DNA of 58,039 nt from an uncultured Propionibacterium sp. GTDB taxonomy: Bacteria > Actinomycetota > Actinomycetes > Propionibacteriales > Propionibacteriaceae. The stretch lies in assembly GCA_964293265.1 (NCBI GenBank), contig CAXYYR010000001.1, positions 1-58,039 of the forward strand, given 5' to 3'. The position numbers and the translations under genes were made by a program. Below are positions 39,003-48,034 of the stretch, piece by piece (positions within the stretch are counted from its first letter, which is position 1; the number at the start of each line of letters is the position of its first letter). A model generated the notes under the pieces. It made no database searches. It was not told the DNA's origin and saw only the letters and a list, made by a program, of their open reading frames with translations.

Positions 39003-40679
39003 ATGATTCTACTTGACGCACGTCGGCGGCGATGGGTCGGTGCCGGCGTTGCTGCGGTTCTCGCAGCGAGCAGTGTGGTTGCGGGTGCAGTTCCTGCCAG
39101 CGCTGACATTACGTGGGAGTCAGTGCCTGGGAGCCATACGTTCTCGGTCACCGAAGCCAACATCACCTACTTCACGTCAGCGAATGTGGGTGGCCAGGTT
39201 CTTATGGTTGACCGCATTATTGATGAGACCGGCCGCGCTTTGCTGTGTGCTGATTTCTCCAAGCCCTCCCCGAATGGTCAGTCATTGTCTCCGCTGGGGA
39301 AGGCTTCGCCGCAGTTGGCATTCCTTGCCAATCGGCTTGCCGATCCTGGCTCGGATGGCAATCTGGCGGGTCTCAATGAGCGCCAGACCTATTACGTTCT
39401 GCAGTACGTCGCTCACATGTATGACTCGGGGCAGTTCGCATCGTTCACCGATGATCTCGGTGGCCCAGTCAATGATCCTGATGGTCTGATCCCCCGGATC
39501 CAGGCAATCAAGGCGGAAGCTGACGCTGCGACCGATCAGAATTTCATTGACACCCATACGGTGTCGGTCGATCAGGGCGCCCCGGCGTCCTCGATCACCG
39601 ATGAGGGCATGTGGGTGTCCGATCCGGTCACCGTATCGGCTGATTCAGCTGGCGCGTCAGTCACTCTGACGGCAAGCGTCGATGAGGCCTCAGCCGCCGT
39701 GGGCGCCGAGGTGATCGATGCCGAGTCCGGCGAGCCTGTGACAACTGTCACTCCTGGTGAACAGATCCAGATCCAGGCGGCCGATAGTGAGCTCAAGGGT
39801 GTCGCCACGACCTTGACCGCAAACATCACCGCCAATTGGGAAGGCGGCCATGAGCGGGTGGGCTACATGTATGGCGGTGATCCTGCTGTGCAGTCCATCG
39901 TTGGGTTCGATGAGCTGACGTTCAACGACACTCAAAGCACATCGTTCTCGACGTCAACGCCGGAAGTGGTGGGCTCGTTGTCTGGCGTGAAGGCCGGCGA
40001 TGACAGTGCCTTCACTTTGCTTCCTGATGTTGAGTTCACACTTGAGGACGAGGCCGGGAATGTGATCCAGACGACCACCACCGATAAGAACGGTGCGTTC
40101 GGGTTTGAGGATGTTCCGTGGGGCACCTGGTATGTCCATGAGACCAAGGCTGCCGGCGGGTATGTCCTGGCTGATGGTCGTGCCCGGGTGACAGTCGATG
40201 GCAACCACACCGTGATCAGTCTTGGTACGGTCACGAATTCACTTGCGAGCGGCACCATTCTGGTGCACAAGCAAGATCAGTCAGGCGCTGCACTTTCGGG
40301 TGCAGAGTTCACGCTGACCGATGAGGACGGGAACGCGGAAAAGGTCGTGACTGGTGCTGATGGTTTAGCGCAGTTCACGATCCGCGCGAATCACGTCTAC
40401 AGCCTGGTGGAGTCTGATGTGCCTGATGGCTACAGCGGCGGTTTCAGTGAGTCGAACATCACGCTTGACCATGACGGCCAGGTGCTCGAATACACCGCTG
40501 TCAACACCAAGGAAGACTCCGGCATGGGTGATGCCGGCCAGGGCCTCGCATCAGTGAACACAGGCGAGCCCTCGAACTCTGCTGCGGGCTGGATTGCTCT
40601 TGGAGTGATCCTCGCCGCCGTCGGGGGCGGTGCGGGTATCGCAACTCGGAAGCGCCAACTGGCACACGCTGCGAAGTAG
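39003..40679 (+). CDS. Surface adhesin: putative thioester domain, two SpaA/CnaB-like isopeptide domains, VNTG sorting tail
   Basis: Signal peptide; LLCADF, LQYVAH, VQSIV; GVK..EFTL..ETKA.GY..VTN and VHK..GAEFTL..ESDVPDGY..AVN; VNTG + TM + RKR. Confidence 0.8.
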   Translation: MILLDARRRRWVGAGVAAVLAASSVVAGAVPASADITWESVPGSHTFSVTEANITYFTSANVGGQVLMVDRIIDETGRALLCADFSKPSPNGQSLSPLGKASPQLAFLANRLADPGSDGNLAGLNERQTYYVLQYVAHMYDSGQFASFTDDLGGPVNDPDGLIPRIQAIKAEADAATDQNFIDTHTVSVDQGAPASSITDEGMWVSDPVTVSADSAGASVTLTASVDEASAAVGAEVIDAESGEPVTTVTPGEQIQIQAADSELKGVATTLTANITANWEGGHERVGYMYGGDPAVQSIVGFDELTFNDTQSTSFSTSTPEVVGSLSGVKAGDDSAFTLLPDVEFTLEDEAGNVIQTTTTDKNGAFGFEDVPWGTWYVHETKAAGGYVLADGRARVTVDGNHTVISLGTVTNSLASGTILVHKQDQSGAALSGAEFTLTDEDGNAEKVVTGADGLAQFTIRANHVYSLVESDVPDGYSGGFSESNITLDHDGQVLEYTAVNTKEDSGMGDAGQGLASVNTGEPSNSAAGWIALGVILAAVGGGAGIATRKRQLAHAAK

Positions 40680-40700
40680 GCAGCACAGAGATCTCCCTGT

Positions 40701-40746
40701 AGCGGGAGTGGCCAGGTTCCTTGAGACCGGGCCTGCCACTCCTGCT
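40701..40746 (+). terminator. Intergenic hairpin
   Basis: AGCGGGAGTGGC...GCCACTCCTGCT. Confidence 0.55.
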
Positions 40747-40772
40747 CATCCCCGACATTTAGGACCAGTCTC

Positions 40773-41369
40773 ATGTCCCCCAAATCAAAATTGCTTCTCT
40801 CATTTCTTGCTGTGTTGGCCGGTCTGGCATTGATTGCCAGTGGCATCTGGGCTATTAAGGTCCGCTCGCCCCAGGTCAACCAACCATTCTCAACTGTGTC
40901 TGCCGAGCCGATCCCCGTTGATCCTGCGCTCGCCGGCACCAACGAGCTGGTGATCCCTGATCTCGGGATCTCGGCTCCCATTGTTTCGGCGCCGGTCAGC
41001 TCGGACGGTGCGATGTCGATTCCCTCTGATCCGGTGCAGGTCGGCCTGGCCGACAACGGCTCTGGTCTCGATGCCGTTTCCGGGACCACGGTCCTAGCGG
41101 GCCATGTGAACATGGCCGGCCAGCGCGGCAGTCTCTGGGATCTTGGTCAGGTTTCAGCTGGCACTGTTGCAGTCACTTTTGACTCTGCCTCCAACCGGAC
41201 GGACTGGGCGGTTGACTCGCTGTCCACGGCCCCTAAGTCGCAGGTTGGTGAGGCAGTCGGGTCTCTGGATGGTGATCGACGCCTAGTTGTTCTCACATGC
41301 GGCGGAGAAGTGCTCAACGGCGAGTACCCGCTCAACATCACCGTGACTGCCCATCTGGTGGCGGCATGA
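40773..41369 (+). CDS. Class F sortase
   Basis: N-terminal TM; LVIPDLGISAPI, TVLAGHVN, LVVLTCGG, with Asn in the third catalytic position. Confidence 0.9.
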   Translation: MSPKSKLLLSFLAVLAGLALIASGIWAIKVRSPQVNQPFSTVSAEPIPVDPALAGTNELVIPDLGISAPIVSAPVSSDGAMSIPSDPVQVGLADNGSGLDAVSGTTVLAGHVNMAGQRGSLWDLGQVSAGTVAVTFDSASNRTDWAVDSLSTAPKSQVGEAVGSLDGDRRLVVLTCGGEVLNGEYPLNITVTAHLVAA

Positions 41370-41538
41370 ATATCTTCCCGGCCAGTCAGGCCGGGGCTAA
41401 GCATCTGATGGCTGGGGTCACCCGTCGGCCATCAGATGAAGTGGTTGCTGCGGGGGTCAATCCTCCTGGTGGGTGGGCGCAAAAGACCCCCGCAGCAGCT
41501 CTCATTGACCACGGGGCGTCCGAAGCAGGTGAAGTCTC

Positions 41539-42534
41539 ATGAAGGCACTGATTTCCTCTCTTGTCGCGTTGCCGCTTTTTTTCGGGGGCCTTTTTATGGG
41601 CTTGTTCATTTTGGCTGGCGTTGGTGGCGCTTGCGACACCGGTTCTGGTGGCGGGTCGGCGGCGTCGGTGGATTTGGGTTCCGCTGCCGGACAGACGGTC
41701 GCCAATTACGGGCCTGACCAGTTGGCGGTTGCCGCCCAGATCATCGCGGCCGGTAAGGATGCCGGGGTTTCTGCGCGTGACCAGCAGATCGCTGTGATGA
41801 CGGCGATGGGCGAGAGCAGCTTGCAGTCTTTGGATTACGGGGATGCGGTCGGCCCTGATTCTCGCGGCCCGTTCCAGCAGCGCGATTCCTGGGGGAGCCT
41901 GGCCGACCGCCTCGATCCGTACAAGTCGGCCGGGTTCTTTTACGCGGTACTGGAGGGTGTGGAGGGCCGCGAGAGCATGTCTCCCACGCAGGTGGCTCAT
42001 TCGGTGCAGCGGAACGCTGACCCAAATTATTACACCCAGTATTGGGAGCCTGCCGGTCAGGTGATGCAGGCACTCACTGGCGCCTCTGTGACGGGCACCG
42101 GGGCCGGTGGTGGCGTCGAGTGCCAGTCCGGCACTGCGGGCGGTGCTGTGGGTGGTGGGCCGCTCATCGAGTTGGCCCAGGCCCAGATCGGCAAACCCTA
42201 TGTGTGGGGTGCTGCCGGACCTGATTCTTTTGATTGCAGCGGCTTGATCGTATGGCTGTATGCCCAGCAGGGCATCAGTTTGCCCCGCTCAACTTATTCG
42301 ATGGTCGATTCATCGGCGTTCACGACTGTGGATGCCGCCTCAGCTCAGCCCGGCGACATTGTGCTGTTTGCCGATGGCGGCGATTGGGGCCATGTCGGGC
42401 TCTACATCGGTGGCGGGCGCATGATCCATGCCCCGCAGCCCGGTGAATCGGTGACCGAAGCAGACCTTTCTGGCTCCTATTGGCAGGGGCTCCAGCAGAT
42501 GTATCGGCATGTGAACGGAGCGCAGACAACATGA
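41539..42534 (+). CDS. Conjugative cell-wall hydrolase: lysozyme-like N-domain + NlpC/P60
   Basis: AMGESS..DSRGPFQQR; GKPYVWG..FDCSG..HVGLY..MIHAP. Confidence 0.9.
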   Translation: MKALISSLVALPLFFGGLFMGLFILAGVGGACDTGSGGGSAASVDLGSAAGQTVANYGPDQLAVAAQIIAAGKDAGVSARDQQIAVMTAMGESSLQSLDYGDAVGPDSRGPFQQRDSWGSLADRLDPYKSAGFFYAVLEGVEGRESMSPTQVAHSVQRNADPNYYTQYWEPAGQVMQALTGASVTGTGAGGGVECQSGTAGGAVGGGPLIELAQAQIGKPYVWGAAGPDSFDCSGLIVWLYAQQGISLPRSTYSMVDSSAFTTVDAASAQPGDIVLFADGGDWGHVGLYIGGGRMIHAPQPGESVTEADLSGSYWQGLQQMYRHVNGAQTT

Positions 42535-43118
42535 TGTGGAAACGAATCGCAAGCGGCGTGGCCATGGTCGCGTTGGCTGCCGGTCTGGCCGGTTGCTCAC
42601 AGGCCACGCCGGCACCGGCCGCATCGAGCACGTTTGCCGCCCCGGCGTCGGGGATTTCTGCCGGCACACCTGGTGTGCCGTCGCGGGCCGGGTTGCAGTT
42701 CGCAGTGGATCGTGGCGATGCCACGTCCACGGCGTTGGCGTGGGCGACCGCCCAAGGCCAGTGGGACACACGCTCTGATGCGGGGCCCGTGGCGTCGATC
42801 AAGCAGGCTGCGACCGTCTACGGCACGGATGCGTTCGCCGCGAAATGGGCGGCGTTTGAGCAGGGCTCCGGTCCCGGCATCGAGTGGTATGACGCGCTCG
42901 ATGCGGACGGGTGGATGAAAGCAGAAGCCACCCAGACCCGGTTCGGCGCCGATCCTGCCGACACATCATCGAAGGCTTATCGGGCTGTCCAAGTGGACCG
43001 GTGGATCACTGATGATTCGGGGTCGATGACATCGGCTGGCCAGCAGGTGTGGGCCGTGTCATTGACGCGCGGGACCGTTCTTGGCCAGTGGGAGATCGAG
43101 GAGGCAACACAACAATGA
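42531..43118 (+). CDS. Lipoprotein of the conjugation cluster
   Basis: LAGC lipobox; ATGA overlaps with both neighbours. Confidence 0.75.
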   Translation: MMWKRIASGVAMVALAAGLAGCSQATPAPAASSTFAAPASGISAGTPGVPSRAGLQFAVDRGDATSTALAWATAQGQWDTRSDAGPVASIKQAATVYGTDAFAAKWAAFEQGSGPGIEWYDALDADGWMKAEATQTRFGADPADTSSKAYRAVQVDRWITDDSGSMTSAGQQVWAVSLTRGTVLGQWEIEEATQQ

Positions 43119-44365
43119 GTGAGCTTTCAACAGAGCTTGTAGCAGTGGTGGCGGTCGGCGATGCCACTATCACGCTCAACGGAATGACGCAGGAGCTCGC
43201 CTCAGACACTCCGCAAGGAAGGGTCGATGAGGCAAGCGACCTGGTGCGCCAGTACGCAGAGATGACCGGCCAGCAGGTTCGGATGGAGCTCAACCCGCCG
43301 GTGGACGGTGTTGAGGTGCGGATGATTCGCCCCACGGCTGTACTCGTCCCGGCGGGCACGCCTACTGGTCCCAGCGTCGCGTTGTCTCCCATGGATCAGA
43401 TGGAAGCGTTTTTGGATCCTGCCGGCCAGCCTGCTGTGCCGAAGCAGGCGCCGGCGGTGATGCCGCCAGCCCCGCAGGCAGAAGTGTTGCCTCCCCCTCC
43501 GGCTGCCCAGGCACCTATGCAGCCTGCACCGGTGCAGGCGGTGGGGCCGGTGGATCCGTTCATCACGTTTGATCCGTGGGCTGGTGCCGGTGCAGGTCCG
43601 GCGTCCCAGATCCGTGAAGTGGTGGTGTGCGCGAATCTGGCGGGCGGTGCCGGAAAGACGCCGACGTTGGCCGGGGTCATGCAGGCGACCGGGCTTGCCC
43701 GGGGTGGTGATGTGGTGGTGGTCGATATCAACCCGACCGGCAACTTTGGTGCGTTGGCGGGTGTTGGGAATTCGGCGCCCTTGCCGGAGCTCGTTGAGTG
43801 GCTTGCCTCGTGCCCTGCCCCGACGGATGCGCAGTTGCGTGACCACATGGCGTGGTCTGCTGTGTTGCACGCGTGGGTGATTACTGCGCGGGCTGCGGTT
43901 GTCGATGGTCAGGGCCGGCCGGTGGCTCCGCACATTTCTATGGACCAGGCGACGGCCCTGTTTGATCTGTTGGGCGAGCGTTTCTCGGTGGTCGGGGTCG
44001 ATGCCGGCAACAACGACACCGACTATGTGTATCGGGTGGCCCTGTCGCGGGCGACCCGTTTGTTGGTGCCGACAAGCTGGAGCCCGAAAACGGTGGCCGG
44101 AGCGAAGCTCACCCTGTCACATATGTTCAAGCTCGGGTTTCAGCAGCTCGCCACGTCGGCTGTCGTGGTGTCCACGTCACGTGAGCATCTGCGTGGCGGC
44201 AAGAAGCTGCGAGCCGTCCAGGAGCAAGTGACTGGCGGGCCGGGCCTGTCCATCGCGTCGATCCCTCGGGATGGCGCGATCATTCGGCAGGACTTCGCCA
44301 GCCTGTCCGGTAAGACAACGCAGGCCTATGGGGCTCTTGCCGCGTCGATGGGGTTGCTGCCATGA
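43115..44365 (+). CDS. MinD/ParA-like ATPase with Pro-rich linker
   Basis: NLAGGAGKT, VVVDIN..G, VDAGN. Confidence 0.78.
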   Translation: MSELSTELVAVVAVGDATITLNGMTQELASDTPQGRVDEASDLVRQYAEMTGQQVRMELNPPVDGVEVRMIRPTAVLVPAGTPTGPSVALSPMDQMEAFLDPAGQPAVPKQAPAVMPPAPQAEVLPPPPAAQAPMQPAPVQAVGPVDPFITFDPWAGAGAGPASQIREVVVCANLAGGAGKTPTLAGVMQATGLARGGDVVVVDINPTGNFGALAGVGNSAPLPELVEWLASCPAPTDAQLRDHMAWSAVLHAWVITARAAVVDGQGRPVAPHISMDQATALFDLLGERFSVVGVDAGNNDTDYVYRVALSRATRLLVPTSWSPKTVAGAKLTLSHMFKLGFQQLATSAVVVSTSREHLRGGKKLRAVQEQVTGGPGLSIASIPRDGAIIRQDFASLSGKTTQAYGALAASMGLLP

Positions 44366-45063
44366 GCAGCGACCACGATCCGTGGGATGAGGCAATGCCT
44401 GCCCCTGCGCCGTCTCCGTCCGACACGGCGATCAATCCGTTCGAGATTGATGAAGCTGAGGCGGCCGCCCAGATGGCGGCCCCAGAGCCTCCCAGCAGGC
44501 GGCGCTGGCCATTCATCGTGGCCGGCGGGATTGCCGGCGTGGTGGGGTTGGCGGTCACTGGGGTTGCCTTGTGGCGGCCAGTGTCGGCCGAGAGTGTTCC
44601 GGTAGGCACCACCGCTACAGCGGTCGTCACTGTGTCGCAGACACCCCTGCCGGCGGCTGAGAGCCCCAGCTCCCAGGCTGCCCCGGCCGCTGCCCAAGCG
44701 CCGGCCGCTACAGCGGCCGCCCCTGCGACAGGCGGTCAAGCCCAGCCGGTTCAGCAGGCACAGAATGCGGGTGGTGGGCAGGCGGCAGGGGGCCAGGCAG
44801 GCTCGCACCACATTTCTGGTTCGCTGTCTGGTTCTTCGTCGGGTGGCTCGATCACAGCGACCGTGAGCGTCTCCACTGATGCCTCGTCTGCCTCGGTGAC
44901 GATCTCGTGTTCGGGTGCCGGTTCCAAGTCGGGATCGACGCCTGGATCTGGGTCGTTCACTGCCTCATTCAGTGGTGTGGGTGCGGGGACGCACACCTGC
45001 ACTGCGGCGATCTCGTCTTCGTCGGGGTCGATCTCCACCAACCCGTTCACCCTGACGCTATGA
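44362..45063 (+). CDS. Single-pass membrane protein, Ala/Gln linker and Ser-rich beta domain
   Basis: TM after RRRWP; two Cys in the C-terminal domain; translationally coupled. Confidence 0.7.
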   Translation: MSSDHDPWDEAMPAPAPSPSDTAINPFEIDEAEAAAQMAAPEPPSRRRWPFIVAGGIAGVVGLAVTGVALWRPVSAESVPVGTTATAVVTVSQTPLPAAESPSSQAAPAAAQAPAATAAAPATGGQAQPVQQAQNAGGGQAAGGQAGSHHISGSLSGSSSGGSITATVSVSTDASSASVTISCSGAGSKSGSTPGSGSFTASFSGVGAGTHTCTAAISSSSGSISTNPFTLTL

Positions 45064-45506
45064 GTACCGCAAGGATGCCCGAGCTGTGGGTGATGGGTGC
45101 TGCCGGTGGGTCTGGGGAATCGACGTTGGCGGCGCTGGTCGATTCCTGGCAGGAAGCCGGCCACGTGTGGCCGGCCCCGTTCTTTGATCTGCGCAGGCGG
45201 GTGTTGCTGTGTGCCCGCACCAACATGTCCGGCATGAAAGCAGCCAGCCGGCGAATCGGCGAATGGGCTACCGGCGGCGCCCAGGTGGATTTGGTGGGCC
45301 TGGTGCTCATCGATGACGCACCAGGTCGTTTACCGAAGCCGCTGCGAGACCAGCTGTCCATCACCTCGTCTGCACTGGCGAATGTGTGGCGGATCGGCTG
45401 GAACCAAGACTGGCGGGCCGGGGTTCTTTCCCGGCCAGCTGATGCAGAAAAGCTCATCGAGACGGTCACCGCTTTGGGTGCCCGCAATGACAAGGAGAAA
45501 AAATGA
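45060..45506 (+). CDS. DUF6668-like protein with degenerate P-loop
   Basis: LWVMGAAGGSGESTLA, LCART, DDAPGRLPKPL. Confidence 0.75.
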   Translation: MSTARMPELWVMGAAGGSGESTLAALVDSWQEAGHVWPAPFFDLRRRVLLCARTNMSGMKAASRRIGEWATGGAQVDLVGLVLIDDAPGRLPKPLRDQLSITSSALANVWRIGWNQDWRAGVLSRPADAEKLIETVTALGARNDKEKK

Positions 45507-45790
45507 TCGATTCAGTTCTCACCCTCATGCAGATCATGCCGATGGATCTTCCCGGAGACCCTGGCTCCGTAGCACCCCCTGGCATCGGTGAGCGAGTTTC
45601 CACCCTGCTGAGTTGGGCCAAGTGGGGCTCATTCGCAGTGGCCATCGTGGCGATCATGTTCCTCGCCGCAAGGGCTGCCATCGCCCACCGTCAAGGCCAG
45701 GGCTTTGGCGACATGGGTGGCGTCGGAATCGCGCTCATCGCGGTGGTCATCATCGCGTCGGCATTCGGTGTCGTCGGCGCCCTCCAGTAG
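45503..45790 (+). CDS. Small two-TM protein (VirB2/TrbC pilin-like)
   Basis: 95 aa, APPG..LLSWAKW followed by two hydrophobic helices; T4SS context. Confidence 0.7.
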   Translation: MIDSVLTLMQIMPMDLPGDPGSVAPPGIGERVSTLLSWAKWGSFAVAIVAIMFLAARAAIAHRQGQGFGDMGGVGIALIAVVIIASAFGVVGALQ

Positions 45791-45819
45791 CCATCCCCCC
45801 ATTAGCAAAGGAGCATCCA

Positions 45820-46545
45820 ATGCCCACCACATCTGCGATCCGGAAACCGGGCTTCATTGTTGCGGCCATTGTGATTTCGGTTGTTCTCATCATCGGCATT
45901 GTCGGGGTGGTTCTGTCGGGCCGGGATTCCGGTTCGGCAGAGGCCACCCCTGGCGTGTCCGGCACAACCGAAGCACCGGACGGCGAACTCGGTGATTCGG
46001 TGTGTGGCCTGTCTGGCGTCGAGCGGTCAGGGACTGTCACTAAGGCCCCGGAAACGAACTGGGACTCCTATTGGCAGGCAATGGCCTATCCCACCAGCAG
46101 CCAGTTCGGGCCTGTCACGACCGGGCCTGAGGGTATCCGCACCTGCTATCAGCATTCGCCCACCGGGGCCCTGTTCATGGCTGCGAACACCACAGTGTCC
46201 TCGCTTGGTGGTGGTGCGCAGTGGCGGGCGTTGACGGTGGAATCAACCCGGGCAGGGTCGAATGATGAGTTGTCCGGGTCGTATCAGGATGCGTTGGAAA
46301 CCAACCAGCTGGAGACCTATCGGGCGTCGATTCGTGGATTCCGGATGCTGTCGTACAGCGAGCGGGCCGCGCAGGTGGAGATTGTGGTGCGTCTTGACAC
46401 CTACAACTCCACCTATGGGGCGCTTGTTATTCCGCTCGTCTGGGATCGGGGTGACTGGCTGATGGATGGTGGTGCCGCACAGACGCCTCAGGCCACCAGG
46501 GTGGCTGATCTGTCCGGGTATGTGGGGTGGACTCCAAGTGCTTAA
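45820..46545 (+). CDS. Bitopic T4SS-associated protein (possible VirB8-like)
   Basis: N-terminal TM; CYQHSPTGALFMAAN; LVWDRGDW. Confidence 0.7.
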   Translation: MPTTSAIRKPGFIVAAIVISVVLIIGIVGVVLSGRDSGSAEATPGVSGTTEAPDGELGDSVCGLSGVERSGTVTKAPETNWDSYWQAMAYPTSSQFGPVTTGPEGIRTCYQHSPTGALFMAANTTVSSLGGGAQWRALTVESTRAGSNDELSGSYQDALETNQLETYRASIRGFRMLSYSERAAQVEIVVRLDTYNSTYGALVIPLVWDRGDWLMDGGAAQTPQATRVADLSGYVGWTPSA

Positions 46546-48034
46546 TCAGATGGTGCCGATGGCCTTTTGGGATGGCCTGGTCGATGGCCTGTTTGGTGAG
46601 TTCGCCAAGGGGATCGGTGACGCGCTGAACAACGTCATCGTGTCGGTGGCGACCTTGTGGATGAATGTGCCGTCCCCAACCGTTTCAGGTGGGTCGGCCC
46701 CCACCGTTTCCGGCACGGCAGATACGGCCAATGCGATCCAGATCCTTTCCTGGCTGAAGTGGGGTGGCATTGCTTTGGTGGTGGGTGCGCTCATGGTGGC
46801 GGCGGCGTTGCTTGCCGTGCGCCACGGGCGTGACACCACATCGGAGGGTGTTGGCAGGATCGGCAAGATCCTTGCCGGCGCCATCGTGATTGGTGCGGCC
46901 GCCGCGATTTCCGGTGCTGTGGTACCGGCCGGCCCGAATGATGCCGCAGGTGTCACTGGTTTCGTGCAGCAGTCGATTTGGTGGTGGGTCGGGTTCGCCA
47001 CCATTGCCGGTCTCATCGTGGGCGGGATCAGGCTCGCCTGGACCCAGCGGGCAGAGGCCGGGAAAGACATTGTTCGCCAGCTCATCACGCTCATCATCGT
47101 GACTGGTGCTGCCACAGCAGTGGTTTCCACTGCGCTGGCGGCGACGGATGCGTTTTCGGAGTGGGTGCTGAAGAACGGGTCGGACTGCACTGAGGCCAAT
47201 TGTTTGTCAGCCAACATGGCCGGGTCGATGGTCACACCCATTGTTGGTCAGCAGAGCGCGGTGCTGGTGATCATTTTGGGGTTTGTGGCGGTGTTCGCGG
47301 CGCTGATCCAGATGATTCTCATGGTGGCGCGTACCGGCGTCATCGTGCTGCTTCTGGGTGTGTTGCCGCTGTCAGCGGCCACCACATCAAGCCGGACTGG
47401 CCAGGAGTTCTTTCGTAAGAACGTCGGCTGGCTTGCCGGGTTCATCCTCTACAAGCCGGTGGCTGCATTGATTTATGCGGCTTCTTTTCAGCTGGCGGGA
47501 ACGAAGCCTGACAGCGGTGGGGACGCGTTCGCGGCCGTTTCTGGTTTGGCGTTGATGATTGTGGCGTTGATCGCGTTGCCGGCGCTGATGCGGCTCATCA
47601 CGCCTGCCGCCATGTCCATCGGTTCTGGTGGTGGCGGTGGTGGTGGTGCTGCCGTGGCGTCGGGTGCTGTTTCTGTGGCCGGGTTCGCCGGCCAGCATGG
47701 TGGCGAGTCCTCAGACAGTTCGGCGTCGGGCGCCCAGTCCACAACCGGCGGCGGGGGCTCGGCAGGCGGCGGCCCGTCCGGTTCCGACACCGGTGCGAAA
47801 CGCTCCGCAGGAAGTGGTCAGGCGTCCGGTGAAACAGCTGGAGGCGCCTCGGGTGCATCCGGTGGTGCTGCGGCAAGTTCAGCGGGTGCGGCTGGCGGCG
47901 GGTCTGCCGCCTCCGGTGCCGCTGCGGCTGCCGGTCCTCCCGGAATGATCGCAGCTGCCGCGATACAGGCAGGTTCTGGCGTGGCGAATGGCGCCAAGGA
48001 AGTGGCCGGTGAAGCAACGGAAGGAGGCCAGTGA
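46538..48034 (+). CDS. Polytopic T4SS membrane protein (VirB6/TrbL-like)
   Basis: Many TM segments, LAGFILYKPVAA, Gly/Ser/Ala-rich tail. Confidence 0.8.
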   Translation: MLNQMVPMAFWDGLVDGLFGEFAKGIGDALNNVIVSVATLWMNVPSPTVSGGSAPTVSGTADTANAIQILSWLKWGGIALVVGALMVAAALLAVRHGRDTTSEGVGRIGKILAGAIVIGAAAAISGAVVPAGPNDAAGVTGFVQQSIWWWVGFATIAGLIVGGIRLAWTQRAEAGKDIVRQLITLIIVTGAATAVVSTALAATDAFSEWVLKNGSDCTEANCLSANMAGSMVTPIVGQQSAVLVIILGFVAVFAALIQMILMVARTGVIVLLLGVLPLSAATTSSRTGQEFFRKNVGWLAGFILYKPVAALIYAASFQLAGTKPDSGGDAFAAVSGLALMIVALIALPALMRLITPAAMSIGSGGGGGGGAAVASGAVSVAGFAGQHGGESSDSSASGAQSTTGGGGSAGGGPSGSDTGAKRSAGSGQASGETAGGASGASGGAAASSAGAAGGGSAASGAAAAAGPPGMIAAAAIQAGSGVANGAKEVAGEATEGGQ

